From positions 7,014 to 71,013 of the forward strand of contig CADEER010000007.1 of assembly GCA_902826395.1 (NCBI GenBank): DNA of 64,000 nt, given 5' to 3'. Source of the DNA: an uncultured bacterium (GTDB taxonomy: Bacteria > Desulfobacterota > Binatia > HRBIN30 > CADEER01). The position numbers and the translations under genes are program-made. The notes below the pieces were generated by a model. It had not been told where the DNA came from and ran no database searches. It saw only the letters and a list, made by a program, of their open reading frames with translations. Below are positions 18,205 to 29,239 of this stretch, in pieces (the stretch's first letter is position 1; each line of letters starts with the position of its first letter).

Positions 18205-19404
18205 TCAGCTGCGGCCGGGGATCTGCAGGGTCTCGTTGACGCGCAGGTGGCGCGGATTGCGGATGCCGTTGGCGCGCATCAGCTCGCGAACCGAGATTCC
18301 GTAACGGCGCGCGATCGAGGAGGGGCTTTCGCCGCGGCGGACGCGATGCACGCCGCGGTCATCGGCAAGCTCGCGAGTGTCGAGCCGGGCGTACGCCTGT
18401 TCGAAGGTGCCGACCGCCGAGCGCGGAAGCCGCACCCGGTAACCGCCTTTGGGAATGCGGCTGCAGGCGAGAGCGGGATTGAGCGCCTGTACGGTCTCGC
18501 GATCGACGCCCGCCAGCGATGCCACCGTCTTCAAGCTGATCGGATCGGCGATGCGCACGGTCGCGAAGTCGACCGGATCGCCGCTCCCCACGTCGGGGAG
18601 CAGACCGAAACTATCGGGATTCTTGGCGATCGCGGCGGCGGCGAGAAACTTTGGGACGTACTGTGCGGTTTCCCGCGGCAGCAATTCGCGCTCGACCATC
18701 GTCCAGTAGTCGTCGATGCCGTAGTCGCGCATGATGCGGTGGATTCTGCCCTCTCCGACGTTGAATGCCGCCAGGGCCAGGTGCCAGTCCTCGAACTGAT
18801 CGTGCAGAGCCGCCAGGTAGCGCGCGGCGGCCTCGGTGGACCGGATGGGGTCGCGGCGCTCATCGATGCAGCCGTCGATGCGCAGACCGTAGTTCTTGCC
18901 GGTCGCCGGCATGAACTGCCAGATGCCGGTCGCCCCGGCGCGGGAGCGGGCCGTGTCCTCGAAGCGGCTCTCTACGATCGGAAGGTAGGCGATCTCCTGG
19001 GGTACGCCGGCGGCGCTCAGGGTCTCGCGGATGTGGGGCAGGTGAGGGAGCGCTCGCGTCAGGGAGGTGGAGATGGTCTGCGGTGACCGGTCGCAATAGT
19101 AGTCTATGTAGCGATCCACGGCCGGATGGGCATGGTCGAACGGGCTCGGCCCGGTAGAGCCGAGGTCGAAGCCGATGCCGTACGGGCTGCTGACCCCTTC
19201 CGAGACCCGGATGGTCCGGCGCAGCTGCTCGCTCGGCGAGATGCCGGCGCAGTCTTCGCCCAGGGCGGCCGTGTCGGCGGCGCGGTCGGGTTCGAACGTT
19301 TGCCGCGTCGGAAACGGGCTGCGCGCCGGAGCACAGGCGGCGAGTGTCGCCGCGATGACTATGCAGAGTACAAATCGGAGGTCAGGTCTCAGGTGGCTTG
19401 GCAT
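18205..19404 (-). CDS. Membrane-bound lytic murein transglycosylase (MltD-like) with C-terminal LysM domains
   Basis: Start MPSHL… with signal and lipobox LAAC. SLT-domain motifs ESRF, GATGIWQFMP, AAFNVGEGRI. LysM repeats (…HRVRRGESPSSIARRYGISVRELMRAN…). Confidence 0.82.
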   Translation of the reverse strand: MPSHLRPDLRFVLCIVIAATLAACAPARSPFPTRQTFEPDRAADTAALGEDCAGISPSEQLRRTIRVSEGVSSPYGIGFDLGSTGPSPFDHAHPAVDRYIDYYCDRSPQTISTSLTRALPHLPHIRETLSAAGVPQEIAYLPIVESRFEDTARSRAGATGIWQFMPATGKNYGLRIDGCIDERRDPIRSTEAAARYLAALHDQFEDWHLALAAFNVGEGRIHRIMRDYGIDDYWTMVERELLPRETAQYVPKFLAAAAIAKNPDSFGLLPDVGSGDPVDFATVRIADPISLKTVASLAGVDRETVQALNPALACSRIPKGGYRVRLPRSAVGTFEQAYARLDTRELADDRGVHRVRRGESPSSIARRYGISVRELMRANGIRNPRHLRVNETLQIPGRS

Positions 19405-19533
19405 CGAACCCCCTCTCCCTCTCTCGTTTCTCAACCGGATGCCCACGCAGCGGTTAGCACAGGCCAGTCGCCGGGGGCAAGCCGTAGGACGACCCCGCCG
19501 CCGGCTCGGGCGGCCGCCCGTGGACTCCGAAAA

Positions 19534-20916
19534 TCACTCCAGTTCGGAGCGGAACTTTGCTACCAAAGCCTCGAAATCATTACGGTATTTGGCGAGATTC
19601 TCGGGTGTCTGAGATTCGAACCGGAGGACCAGAACCGGCTGGGTATTAGAGGCGCGAATGAGCCCCCAGCCGTCGGGTAGCTTCACTCGCACCCCGTCGA
19701 CGTCGACGATGTCGTGGGTTTTGCGAAAGTGTTCGACCGCCCGCTCGACGACCGCGAACTTGATCTCGTCGGGACAATCGACGCGGATCTCGGGTGTCGT
19801 GTAGCTCGGCGGCAGATCGGCGAGCATCGCCTCGATGTCGGGTTCGCCATCGCGCCGCGCGGCGACGATCGCGAGCAAGCGGGCGCCGGCATAGATGGCG
19901 TCGTCGTAGCCGAAATAGCGGTCGGCGAAGAAGATGTGGCCGCTCATCTCGCCGCCCAGGGCGGCGCCGGTCTCGCGCATCTTGGCCTTGATCGGCGAGT
20001 GTCCGGCGCGCCACATGATGCCGTTGCCGCCGTGTTTGGCGATGTCGTCGTACAGGCGCTGCGAGCACTTCACCTCGGAGACGATCGTAGCCCCGGGGTT
20101 GGCAGCCAGAACGTCGCGGGCAAAGAGGATCATCATCTCGTCGCCCCAGATGATGCGCCCATGCGGTCCGACGACGCCGATTCGATCGGCGTCGCCGTCG
20201 AAGGCGATTCCGAGGTGAGCCTTGGTCTCGGCGACGCGATGGATCAGATCCTCGACGTTCTTCTCTTCGGTCGGGTCCGGATGGTGGTTCGGAAAGCGAC
20301 CGTCCATTTCGCAGTAGAGCTCGTCGACCTCGGCGCCGAGGGCGCGATAGATCTCAGGCGCGACCGGCCCGGCGACCGCGTTGCCGGCGTCGACGACGAT
20401 GCGCAGCGGCCGCGCCAGGCGGGGCAAGTTGGCGATCAGGTAAGCCTTGTAGCGAGCGACGATGTCGACCGACTCTTCGCCGCCGGCGCCGCGCGGAAAG
20501 TTGCCTGCCTCCATGATCTCGCGCAGGCGCTGGATCTCGTCGCCGTGGATGGTCTGGTTGCCGACGCAGATCTTGAAGCCGTTGTGGTCCGAGGGGTTGT
20601 GGCTGCCGGTGATCTGGATGGCGCCGTCGAGCTGGAGATCGAACGTGGAAAAGTAGACGACCGGCGTCGGGCAGACGCCGAGATCGACGACATCGATGCC
20701 GGCGGCCCGCATGCCCTCGCGCAGGGCGGCGGCATAGCCGTCCGAGCTGAGCCGACAGTCGCGGCCTACGCCGACGCGCGGTCGTGCAGGACCGCCGTGT
20801 TCGGCCAGATACGCCGCATAGGCGCCGCCCAATGCGCGGGCGAAGTCGACATCGAAATCGCGGCCGGCGATGCCGCGGATATCATAGGCGCGGAAGATCC
20901 CTCGGTTGATGTTCAT
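19534..20916 (-). CDS. Phosphomannomutase / phosphoglucomutase (alpha-D-phosphohexomutase family)
   Basis: Active-site TGSHNP, metal loop FDGDADR, GEMSGH sugar-binding loop. Confidence 0.92.
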   Translation of the reverse strand: MNINRGIFRAYDIRGIAGRDFDVDFARALGGAYAAYLAEHGGPARPRVGVGRDCRLSSDGYAAALREGMRAAGIDVVDLGVCPTPVVYFSTFDLQLDGAIQITGSHNPSDHNGFKICVGNQTIHGDEIQRLREIMEAGNFPRGAGGEESVDIVARYKAYLIANLPRLARPLRIVVDAGNAVAGPVAPEIYRALGAEVDELYCEMDGRFPNHHPDPTEEKNVEDLIHRVAETKAHLGIAFDGDADRIGVVGPHGRIIWGDEMMILFARDVLAANPGATIVSEVKCSQRLYDDIAKHGGNGIMWRAGHSPIKAKMRETGAALGGEMSGHIFFADRYFGYDDAIYAGARLLAIVAARRDGEPDIEAMLADLPPSYTTPEIRVDCPDEIKFAVVERAVEHFRKTHDIVDVDGVRVKLPDGWGLIRASNTQPVLVLRFESQTPENLAKYRNDFEALVAKFRSELE

Positions 20917-20943
20917 GATGATCGAGCCCTGTGAGGTCCGCGG

Positions 20944-21498
20944 TCAGGCGAACGCCCCTTCGATCTCATCCAGGACCTTGCTCTCGGTGGCCGACACGGT
21001 GGCGATGCCAAGTATGCCGCCGGTCGCCTTGGCGACTCGGCGGGCGCGCGCTACGACGCTGTCGCGGAATTGCTCACCGGTGGCTCGGTCGAGTTGCTCC
21101 ATCGCCGCCGATATCGAGTGCTTCCAGGCGTCGAAGAGGGCGGCAGGCGGGCGCTGTTCGAGCCACGCCTCGAGGAGCTCGTAGCCCGGCCCGTCCTCGG
21201 GGACGCCGGCCTCATCGGCGGCTGACAAGACGGCTCTGCGTTCGCGTTCGTCCATGATGTGGTCCGCCCAAGCGACAAAGACGAGCGGTACCAGCGACAG
21301 GGCTGCCATCGTGCGCGGCGTGATGCCGGTGGCGAGGATTGCGTCGAGAGCCGCGGGGTCGGTGATACCGGAGGCCGCCGCCAGCTCCTCGCGCGTCGTC
21401 TGTTGGCGCAGTTTCTCGACCAGCGCTGCGTCCTGATTCTTGAAGAATGCGTCCTCGAGTGCCCGGCGACGCTCGTCGAAGGAATCTCTGTCCACCAT
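20944..21498 (-). CDS. Hypothetical protein (184 aa, all-helical, possibly TerB-like)
   Basis: Clean ORF between manB-like and pdxA. No definitive motif. Confidence 0.5.
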   Translation of the reverse strand: MVDRDSFDERRRALEDAFFKNQDAALVEKLRQQTTREELAAASGITDPAALDAILATGITPRTMAALSLVPLVFVAWADHIMDERERRAVLSAADEAGVPEDGPGYELLEAWLEQRPPAALFDAWKHSISAAMEQLDRATGEQFRDSVVARARRVAKATGGILGIATVSATESKVLDEIEGAFA

Positions 21499-21648
21499 CT
21501 CCTACCTCGCTGCGGCTTTGATGATCGCCCGGATTGCCAGAATGCGAAACCGGGACGTTGTCCGCTTTTCGCACCGCGATTGCAACCCGCCCGACGCATG
21601 TCGAAGCAGTAACCTATTGTAAAGATGACGGAAGTTTCGGGCTCGCGT

Positions 21649-22662
21649 TCAGCGACGAGATCGCGGCCGGGAAGCGCAACGCGCCGCCATGCGAATGGCG
21701 GCGATCATACTGGCGGGGTCGGCGACACCGCGGCCGGCGATGTCGTAGGCCGTTCCGTGGTCGGGTGAGGTGCGGACGAACGGCAAGCCGGCGGTGAAGT
21801 TCACCCCGTCCTTGAAGTGGAGCAGCTTGAACGGCGCCAGCGCCTGGTCGTGGTACATGCAGACGACGGCGTCGAAGTCGCCGCGCAACGCGAGCGGGAA
21901 GGCGCTGTCGGCGGCGATCGGCCCGATGGCGACCGCGCCGCGCCGCCGCGCGGCCGCAACCGCCGGCGCGATGACGTCGATCTCCTCGCGCCCGTAGAGG
22001 CCGGCTTCACCGGCATGCGGATTGAGCCCGGCGACCGCGATCCTCGGCCGCCGCAGTTGGAGATGCGAGCGCAGGGCGGCGTCGGCGATACAAATGGTGT
22101 CGGCGACGGTGCGCCGGTCGATGGCGGCGGGGACGTCGGCGATTGCCAGATGCGTGGTTGCGAGCGCCACGCGCAAGCGGTCGCCGATCATCATCATGCG
22201 CACCTTGGCGCCGCCGCAGAGCTCGGCGAGGAGCTCGGTGTGGCCGGTGGCGCCACAGCCCGCGGCGGCGAGGTTCGCCTTGCTGATCGGCGCCGTCGCC
22301 AGAGCGTCGGCGAACCCGTTGCGCACCAGCCCGGCGGCGGTGACGATTGCGGCGTGCGCCAGACGGCCGCCGGCAGGTGTCGGCTTGCCCGGACGCCGGT
22401 CGTGGGCGTCGAGACGACCGACCTCGAGGACAGGGATTCCTCGCCGCGGTAGCTCGTCGTCGGGCTGCCAGACCTGAAAGGCGAGCTGGCGGCCGCCGCG
22501 GCCCAGCCTTTGCGCGGCGTCGGCCATTACGGAGGCGTCGCCGACGACGATGGGTCGCGCCGCCCGGCGGATGACCTGCTTGGCCAGCGCCGCTGCCACG
22601 ACCTCGGGCCCGATGCCGGCCGGGTCACCCATCGAGATGGCGACGCGCGGCGGTTTCGTCAC
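21649..22662 (-). CDS. pdxA: 4-hydroxythreonine-4-phosphate dehydrogenase PdxA
   Basis: ISMGDPAGIGPEV, GHTE, MYHDQ motifs. Confidence 0.9.
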   Translation of the reverse strand: MTKPPRVAISMGDPAGIGPEVVAAALAKQVIRRAARPIVVGDASVMADAAQRLGRGGRQLAFQVWQPDDELPRRGIPVLEVGRLDAHDRRPGKPTPAGGRLAHAAIVTAAGLVRNGFADALATAPISKANLAAAGCGATGHTELLAELCGGAKVRMMMIGDRLRVALATTHLAIADVPAAIDRRTVADTICIADAALRSHLQLRRPRIAVAGLNPHAGEAGLYGREEIDVIAPAVAAARRRGAVAIGPIAADSAFPLALRGDFDAVVCMYHDQALAPFKLLHFKDGVNFTAGLPFVRTSPDHGTAYDIAGRGVADPASMIAAIRMAARCASRPRSRR

Positions 22663-23618
22663 TCGAGCATCTCGACGTGGTGGCGCTGGCGCAGATCCTC
22701 GCTCAGCCAGCGCGTGTAGCGGGCCTCGAGGGCCTCATTATAAAGCTTCTCGCGAATCTGGTCGGACACTTCGTCCAGCGGGGTGTGGGACTCGGCGCTG
22801 CGGGCGTCGAGCCGGACGATGTGGAAACCGACGCTGCTGCGCACCGGCTCGCTGTACTCGCCGACGTCGAGGTCGCGCGCGGCCTCGTCTAGGGCCTCGA
22901 GCATCGTGCCGACGCGGAACGTACCGAGCGAGCCTCCGCTCTCCGCTGCCGGATCCTCCGAATACTGGCGGGCTGTCTCGGCGAAGTCCTTGCCGCGGTC
23001 GAGCTCGGCGTGGATCTCCTGTGCCCGCTGCTCGACTCGTTCCACCTCGTCGGGCGGGGCATCTTCGGTGACGCGCAGCACGATGTGAGAGATCGTCACC
23101 TCGGGGTCTTTGGCGTACTCCTCGCGGTGCGCCTCGTAGTAGCGCTCCACTTCTTCCGGGGTGACGTTCACCTTGCCGCGGATCTCGCGGTTGATGAGCT
23201 GGGCGCGCTCGAGCTCCTGGCGAATCTGGACGCGGTAGGCCTCGCGCGTCAGGCCCTGCGCGGCCAATGCCTGGGACAGTTGCTCTTCCGTGATCTGGTT
23301 CTGCTGCCGGATCTGGTTGATGTAGTTGTCGATCTCCGCGTCGCTGACGACGATGCCCTTCTTCTCGATCTCCAGCTCGATGAGACGCGAGGTGAGGAGC
23401 GCGTCGAGCATGGCCTGCGGCTCAGCCGTACGCGCCATCGGCGGGGTCGACTGCGTGAAGCGCTGCAGCTCGAACAGAGTCAGGGGCTGGCCGTCGATGG
23501 TGGCGAGGATTCTGTTCACGACCACCGCCTGCGCGGACGGCACCGCGACGAGCAGGAGCATCGACAGCGATGCCGCGATCCGGCCCAGCCGTTCCCGGTG
23601 ATCAATCATGCGCCGCAT
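22659..23618 (-). CDS. SurA-like periplasmic chaperone / parvulin-type peptidyl-prolyl isomerase
   Basis: Start MRRMIDH… with signal peptide. PPIC-type domain (…ISHIVLRV… SLGTFRVGTMLEALDEAA…). The surA-pdxA adjacency is conserved in proteobacteria and overlaps pdxA by ATGA. Confidence 0.8.
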   Translation of the reverse strand: MRRMIDHRERLGRIAASLSMLLLVAVPSAQAVVVNRILATIDGQPLTLFELQRFTQSTPPMARTAEPQAMLDALLTSRLIELEIEKKGIVVSDAEIDNYINQIRQQNQITEEQLSQALAAQGLTREAYRVQIRQELERAQLINREIRGKVNVTPEEVERYYEAHREEYAKDPEVTISHIVLRVTEDAPPDEVERVEQRAQEIHAELDRGKDFAETARQYSEDPAAESGGSLGTFRVGTMLEALDEAARDLDVGEYSEPVRSSVGFHIVRLDARSAESHTPLDEVSDQIREKLYNEALEARYTRWLSEDLRQRHHVEMLE

Positions 23619-26600
23619 TCTCCTCTCGAGCCGTGGCGCCCGGCCGCGGCAGCAGGTCCTGTAGCACGGACTGGATCTCCGCGACCACACCGTCCCAGTC
23701 CTGTTCGACGACCCGGACGCGAAGCTGGAAGTCCTCGGACACTTTGAAGCGGTCGGGCTGGCGCTGCGCGACTGCGAGCAGCCGGTCGATGTCGACCGGC
23801 GCCTCGGGGTGAAACTGCAGGTTGATGGAGCCGCCTACCCGGTTGGCTCGCAGGACCATGCAGATCTTCAGCGATCGCCGCAGCTCCATGACGCGCAGGA
23901 AGGTGTCGACGAGCGGCGGCACCGGCCCGTAGCGCTCGCGCATTTCGGTTGCGATCTCGTCGATCTCCTCACGACTGCGGATCTCGGCCAGGCGCCGGTA
24001 GAACGCGACTCGCTGCGTCTCGTCGTGGATGTAGGTTTCCGGAATGTAGGCGGGAAACCCGAGCTGGATCTCCGGCTCGACGTTGATGTTGCGGCGCTGG
24101 CCGCGCAGCTCCATGACCGCTTCCTCGAGCATGTGCGTGTAGAGCTCGAAACCGACCGCAGTGATCTGACCGGACTGTTGTTTGCCGAGCAGGTTGCCGG
24201 CGCCGCGGATCTCGAGATCGTGCGCGGCGAGGCGAAACCCACCGCCCAGATCGTCGAGCTCTTGCAGTACCTTCAGCCGTTTCTGCGCCTCGCGAGAGAT
24301 GATGTGCTCGCCGGGTATCATCAGATATGCGTAGGCGCGCTCGTGCGAGCGGCCGACCCGGCCGCGCAACTGATAGAGCTGCGCCAGGCCGAAATGATCG
24401 GCGCGGTTGATGATGATCGTGTTTGCCCTGGGGATGTCGAGGCCGGACTCGACGATCGCCGAACAGACCAGGACGTCCATCTCGCCGTGCATGAAGGCGA
24501 GCATCACCTTCTCGAGCTGGCCTTCCGGCATTTGTCCGTGCGCGCCGCCGACACGCATCTCCGGCACCAGCCGGCGGACGTGATCGGCCATGAGGTCGAT
24601 GTTTTCGACGCGGTTGTGGACGAAGAACACCTGTCCGTCGCGCGCCCGCTCGCGCAGAATGGCCTCGCGAATGGTGTCGTCGTCGAAGCGCGTCACGTAG
24701 GTGCGGATCGCCAGGCGGTCGACCGGCGGCGTCTCGATGACGCTGAGGTCGCGAATGCCCAGGAGTGACATCTGAAGGGTGCGCGGAATCGGCGTTGCGG
24801 TGAGCGCCATCACGTCCACCTGCGTTCGCAGTTGTTTGATGCGCTCCTTGTGACGAACCCCGAAGCGGTGCTCCTCGTCGATGATGAGCAGGCCGAGCTT
24901 GCGGAACTCGACGTCCTTCTGCAGCAGGCGGTGCGTGCCGATGACGATGTCGACACTTCCCTTCTTCATTCCGTCCAAAGTCGCCTTGATCTCCGCTGCC
25001 GAGCGGAAGCGCGACAGCGTTTCGATCTTGACCGGGTAACCGGCAAAGCGCTTGACGAAGGTCTCGCTGTGCTGATGGGCGAGGACCGTGGTCGGCACCA
25101 GCACGGCGACCTGGCCGCCGTTCATGGCTGCCAGGAACGCGGCGCGCAGAGCGACCTCCGTCTTGCCGTAGCCGACATCGCCGCAGACGAGGCGATCCAT
25201 CGGCTTGTTGCCCGCGAGGTCGGCGATGGCGTCGTCGATCGCCTGGCGTTGGTCGGGCGTCTCCTCGAAGGGGAACCGCGCCTCGAACTCGCGATAGATG
25301 TCGTCGGCGTGACCATAGGGCGGTCGCTCGTCGAGCTGCCGCGCGGCGTAGACGGACAACAGCTCGCGCGCCATTGCCAGGACCGACTCGCGGGTCTTCT
25401 TCTTCGTCGTTTCCCAACTGTTGCCGCCGAGCTTGTCGAGTGCCGGCGCGGCGCCGTCGGAGCCGACGTACTTCTGCACCAGGTTGATGCGGTCGACCGG
25501 CAGATAGAGCTTGTCGCCGCCGGCGTACTCGAGGTGGAGATAGTCGCCCTCGGTGCCGGCTACCTGCAGGTGGCGAAGGCCGTTGTAGCGGCCGACGCCG
25601 TGATCGAGGTGGACGACGAAGTCGCCCGCCTTCAACGCGTCGAGATTCTTGAGCAGTTGTGCGACCGAGACGCGTCGCGTGGCGCGCCGGCGCGCTGCGC
25701 CGAAGATGTCGGAGTCGCTGATCACCACCAACCGCTCATCGGGCAGGCGAAAGCCCTCCGACAGATGGCCGGTGATCGCAGTGACGGTTCCCGGCGCTGC
25801 CGGGATCGCTGCAAACGCCTCGCCGGTCACGCGCACGGACACGCCGTGTCCCTCGAGCATGCCGGACAGACGCTGCAGCCGCGACTGGTTGCTCGCCATG
25901 ACGACGGTCTGCATTCCCTCGTCGCACCACTGGCGGACGCGGGCGGCGACGCGCGTGAAGCTGGTGCTGGACTTGCTTCCCTCGGTCGGCCGCAGATCCT
26001 CGGTCCGGTAGCAGCGGACCGCGATCTTGTGGCGGTCATCGCTGGTGAGCATGTCGAGCGCTTCGAGCTCGACGACGCGCCGCTTCTCGCAGTCGTGGTG
26101 CCACTGCGACGGCCGCGCGTAGAGTGATTCGTGCGGCGGGAAGAAACGGCGCTCCTCGCGGCGCTCCGCGGCGCGTCGCTCGATGTCGGTCCAGATCCGG
26201 TCGAGGGCGCCGTCCACCTCGCCCGCGGCGTCGAGCCACACGATGGCATTCGCGGGAAGGTGATCGGCGACCGTCTGGAGGTCGCTCTCCAGGTACGGCA
26301 GGCAGCGTTCGACGCCCGGGAACAGGGTTGCCGCCGCGAGACCTTCGAGAATCGCATCGCGCTCATCGCGATCGACGTCGAGCTCGTGGAGGCGTTTCTC
26401 GATGGCTCGTCGCACTTCGCGGTCGCTCGCGGCTTCGACGTCGAACTCGCGCACCGGCAGCAACAGGGCCTCTTCGAGAGAGCCGGCCAGGCGCTGGTCG
26501 ACGACATCGAAGTAGTGGAGGCGCTCCACGACGTCGCCGAACAGCTCGATCCTGATCGGTTGTGCGTAGCCGGATGGGAAGACGTCGACGATGTCCCCGC

Positions 26601-27189
26601 GCACTGCATACTCGCCGCGGTCCTCGACCATCGGCACGCGGTGGAATCCCCAACCGGTCAGACGCGTCGCCAGCGCGTCGCGGTCGACCTCGTCGCCGAC
26701 GACGATGTAGCTGTACGAGTTTGCCACCCGCTCGCGGGAGGGCACTTTCAGGAGCAGTGCCTCGGCGGTGGTGACGACGATCGGCCCCCGCGCAAAGCGA
26801 AGTTGGTAGAGCGCCTCGACGCGCGCGGCAACGGCGTCGCGCGTCGGCGAGCGATCCTCGAAGATGCCGACCTCCCAACCCGGCAACACCGAGACGCGGC
26901 GCTGTAAAGGTGGTGCGCTCTCGTCCTCGCCGAGGAAGAGGCGTAGATCGGCGGCCATTCGCTCGGCGTCGGCCGAGGAAGGAGCCACGACCAGCGACGC
27001 GCGATCGCCGGCCGCGAGGTGGCAAGAGGCGATGCAAAGAGAACGGGCGGCGGGTTGGAGGCCCTGAATGTGCAACCGGCCACCGCCGGCTCCGCCGAGC
27101 CAGGCACGCGTCTCACGGCGCAAATCGGCGAAGAGGCGTTCGCCGAGAACCGTACTGCGCGCCGCAGGAACGACCGGGGACATGGACAT
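23602..27189 (-). CDS. mfd: Transcription-repair coupling factor Mfd
   Basis: 1,195 aa. Walker [19 protein letters not shown] helicase motif [11 protein letters not shown] motif VI, TRG and CarD-like regions. Confidence 0.95.
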   Translation of the reverse strand: MSMSPVVPAARSTVLGERLFADLRRETRAWLGGAGGGRLHIQGLQPAARSLCIASCHLAAGDRASLVVAPSSADAERMAADLRLFLGEDESAPPLQRRVSVLPGWEVGIFEDRSPTRDAVAARVEALYQLRFARGPIVVTTAEALLLKVPSRERVANSYSYIVVGDEVDRDALATRLTGWGFHRVPMVEDRGEYAVRGDIVDVFPSGYAQPIRIELFGDVVERLHYFDVVDQRLAGSLEEALLLPVREFDVEAASDREVRRAIEKRLHELDVDRDERDAILEGLAAATLFPGVERCLPYLESDLQTVADHLPANAIVWLDAAGEVDGALDRIWTDIERRAAERREERRFFPPHESLYARPSQWHHDCEKRRVVELEALDMLTSDDRHKIAVRCYRTEDLRPTEGSKSSTSFTRVAARVRQWCDEGMQTVVMASNQSRLQRLSGMLEGHGVSVRVTGEAFAAIPAAPGTVTAITGHLSEGFRLPDERLVVISDSDIFGAARRRATRRVSVAQLLKNLDALKAGDFVVHLDHGVGRYNGLRHLQVAGTEGDYLHLEYAGGDKLYLPVDRINLVQKYVGSDGAAPALDKLGGNSWETTKKKTRESVLAMARELLSVYAARQLDERPPYGHADDIYREFEARFPFEETPDQRQAIDDAIADLAGNKPMDRLVCGDVGYGKTEVALRAAFLAAMNGGQVAVLVPTTVLAHQHSETFVKRFAGYPVKIETLSRFRSAAEIKATLDGMKKGSVDIVIGTHRLLQKDVEFRKLGLLIIDEEHRFGVRHKERIKQLRTQVDVMALTATPIPRTLQMSLLGIRDLSVIETPPVDRLAIRTYVTRFDDDTIREAILRERARDGQVFFVHNRVENIDLMADHVRRLVPEMRVGGAHGQMPEGQLEKVMLAFMHGEMDVLVCSAIVESGLDIPRANTIIINRADHFGLAQLYQLRGRVGRSHERAYAYLMIPGEHIISREAQKRLKVLQELDDLGGGFRLAAHDLEIRGAGNLLGKQQSGQITAVGFELYTHMLEEAVMELRGQRRNINVEPEIQLGFPAYIPETYIHDETQRVAFYRRLAEIRSREEIDEIATEMRERYGPVPPLVDTFLRVMELRRSLKICMVLRANRVGGSINLQFHPEAPVDIDRLLAVAQRQPDRFKVSEDFQLRVRVVEQDWDGVVAEIQSVLQDLLPRPGATAREENAAHD

Positions 27190-27304
27190 GGATGGCTCGA
27201 GCCGCAGCAGGTGGTGGAACTGCGGCGACTCACGACCTTACAAGAGGCGCGATTCGGCTGCGAGTCGGGTTTGCGCGATACACGCCGCCGTCGGCCGGCG
27301 CCGC

Positions 27305-27730
27305 TCAAACTTCCTGGTCGTCTAGCTGGCGGAACGTGCGATACAGCTCGATGAGAATGTCCGCCTGCCGCCGCGTCAGGAGCGGATCGCGGTCGATCTC
27401 ACGCACCACGTCGGACTCCCCGGGATCCCGCGGGTCGATGACTCCAGCCTGGAGGTAGAGCGTGTCGGCCGAAAGGCGCAGGGCGCCGGCCAACGACCCG
27501 AGGATGGTGCGGCTCGGCTTGCGTATGCCCGCCTCGATTTCGCTCAAGAGAGTGGACGGGATGCCGGTCTGTTGCGCCACCTTGCGCAGGGACTTGTTGG
27601 CCAGGTTGCGCTGCCGGCGGAGGTATTCCCCGAAGGACGGCGAGGAGGCCTCGCGCGCGGCCGTTCCCCGGGCGGGCCGCTTGGCGGCGCTCTTACGCTT
27701 GCGCTTCGTCGACTTGCCTGTGGCGCTCAT
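27305..27730 (-). CDS. XRE-family helix-turn-helix DNA-binding protein with a basic N-terminal tail
   Basis: Start MSATGKSTKRKRKSAAKRP. HTH segment FGEYLRRQRNLANKSLRKVAQQTGIPSTLLSEIEAG. Confidence 0.65.
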   Translation of the reverse strand: MSATGKSTKRKRKSAAKRPARGTAAREASSPSFGEYLRRQRNLANKSLRKVAQQTGIPSTLLSEIEAGIRKPSRTILGSLAGALRLSADTLYLQAGVIDPRDPGESDVVREIDRDPLLTRRQADILIELYRTFRQLDDQEV

Positions 27731-27809
27731 GGGTCTCTCCCTGCCGCATCCGGGGCGGCCACCGCCTCGCTGCAAGGTCGCACCGGTACGCGACCGGATC
27801 AAGCCTCTG

Positions 27810-28010
27810 CTAATCGACGCAGGCGAGAATGATGTGGACGCTGCAGCGCGCGTTCTCGCAGATCAGCTTGCACTTTTGCCAGGTGCCGCGGTGACCGCAG
27901 CTCGGACAGTGCTGCATGACATCGGGCTCTGCCGATTCGGGGCGCCGAGCGCTGCTGCGCCCGGAACGCCGGCTTTCCTCGTCCATCTCCCTCATTGCCT
28001 CACCTCCCAC
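27810..28010 (-). CDS. Small zinc-ribbon protein (CPSCG…CKLICENARC)
   Basis: Four Cys in C-x2-C … C-x4-C … C arrangement. Lies between the XRE gene and the membrane protein on the same strand. Shares the CPSCG…CExxC pattern with the 56-aa ORF at 42567. Confidence 0.4.
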   Translation of the reverse strand: MGGEAMREMDEESRRSGRSSARRPESAEPDVMQHCPSCGHRGTWQKCKLICENARCSVHIILACVD

Positions 28011-28058
28011 CGCCGCGACGAGTGCCGTGATACCGCGAAAGCTACGAATCTTCCACGG

Positions 28059-28763
28059 TCAGCCCATCATCGCCGCGGTGGCGAGAAGGCAGCCGAGGGC
28101 GCCGATCAGGGCGATCGTGGCGCCGCCGCGCAAGCTGCGCAGCGATAGAGTGGCGCCGAACAACGCTGCCGCGATCGCCGCCAACGCGCCGGCTAGTGCC
28201 AGCGATAGATCGGCGTTGGGAGCGACGGTGGCCGCCGCGACCCAGGCCCAGAAAGTCGCAGCTCCGGCGAGCACGCCGCCGGCGCCGCGGCGGACGTATG
28301 TGGCAGCGAACGCGACCAGCGGTATTGCGATCAGCGTCGCCAGCATGGCGCCGACGAGCGGGCGCGGCGCCGCGGTGCCGGGGCTGCCGTAGCGGGCGCT
28401 GACGTCGGAAGCGATTCCGGTGCCGCCGGCAGTGCCGTCGGCGCCGAGGCTGACGACGTCCGCCCAATCGCCGCGCGATTGATAGAGGAAGGGGTTGCCC
28501 CAGGGATCGACCGGAACGTTGCGCACATACTTCGGCACCAATGTGCCGAGCCCGGCATCTTCGGCTGGAACGCGCTGGTGGTCCCGGCGGTAGAGGTCGA
28601 CGGACGCGAACAGGGAGCGCGTCATCTCGAGCGCCGCGTCGTGACGCGCCCACGCCGCGAGGTCGCGACCGAGGACAGTCGTCGCGGCCGAGCCGTAGGC
28701 GATGACCACCAGCGGCGATGCCAGGAAACCGACCGCCGCCAGAACGAGCAGCGACCGATTCAC
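28059..28763 (-). CDS. Polytopic membrane protein with a type II secretion GspG (pseudopilin, T2SS_G) C-terminal-type domain but no prepilin leader
   Basis: DLYRRDHQRVPAEDAGLGTLVPKYVRNVPVDPWGNPFLYQSRGDWADVVSLGADGTAGGTG matches the conserved GspG fold segment (…P.DPWG.PY.Y…SLG.DG..GG.G). The N-terminus lacks the GFTLxE prepilin-peptidase motif. One N-terminal and 3-4 C-terminal predicted TM helices. Confidence 0.6.
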   Translation of the reverse strand: MNRSLLVLAAVGFLASPLVVIAYGSAATTVLGRDLAAWARHDAALEMTRSLFASVDLYRRDHQRVPAEDAGLGTLVPKYVRNVPVDPWGNPFLYQSRGDWADVVSLGADGTAGGTGIASDVSARYGSPGTAAPRPLVGAMLATLIAIPLVAFAATYVRRGAGGVLAGAATFWAWVAAATVAPNADLSLALAGALAAIAAALFGATLSLRSLRGGATIALIGALGCLLATAAMMG

Positions 28764-28820
28764 GGCCGGGAGGCAGCGGCGCTCGAGCCGTCGGTCGGCG
28801 TGCCTTCGCTCATTTGGCTA

Positions 28821-29099
28821 CTACCGCCTGACGATACGGAACTCGCGCCGCAGCGTCGCGACCTGATTTTGCAGGGATGCTGATCGGCTCGCCTCTCGCA
28901 GCACATGGAACACATCGGCGTCCGTCACTTCGTTGCCGCCGCCGCCGATTTCCTTCGCCACCGTGACGATCTGCTCGACCAGGTTGGGCAGGTCGTCTTT
29001 TGGAATCACGACGTCGCCGCGCTTCAGGGTGCCGCTCCAGTTGGCGGCGAACGGTCGCAACAGATCGAGGATCTTGGCGTTGTCGTCGCTCACGCTCAT
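28821..29099 (-). CDS. Hypothetical protein (92 aa), first gene of the minus-strand module
   Basis: Start MSVSDDNAKILDLLRPF… No recognised motif. Confidence 0.4.
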   Translation of the reverse strand: MSVSDDNAKILDLLRPFAANWSGTLKRGDVVIPKDDLPNLVEQIVTVAKEIGGGGNEVTDADVFHVLREASRSASLQNQVATLRREFRIVRR

Positions 29100-29239
29100 C
29101 GGAGCGAGAGCGTACCACAATCCGCGGCATCGCCAAACTTTTGAACCCCGCATCGGCCTCGCGAAGGCGCGGTGCCCGGGTGCACCGCGTTGCTACCGGT
29201 TTTTTCGATTGCTATCAGTGTCGGACCGAGGAGTGGCGC

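Noticed and set aside
19714-20934. 406-aa + strand ORF opposite the phosphomannomutase gene
   Set aside because: Antisense to a gene with the TGSHNP / FDGDADR / GEMSGH motifs.
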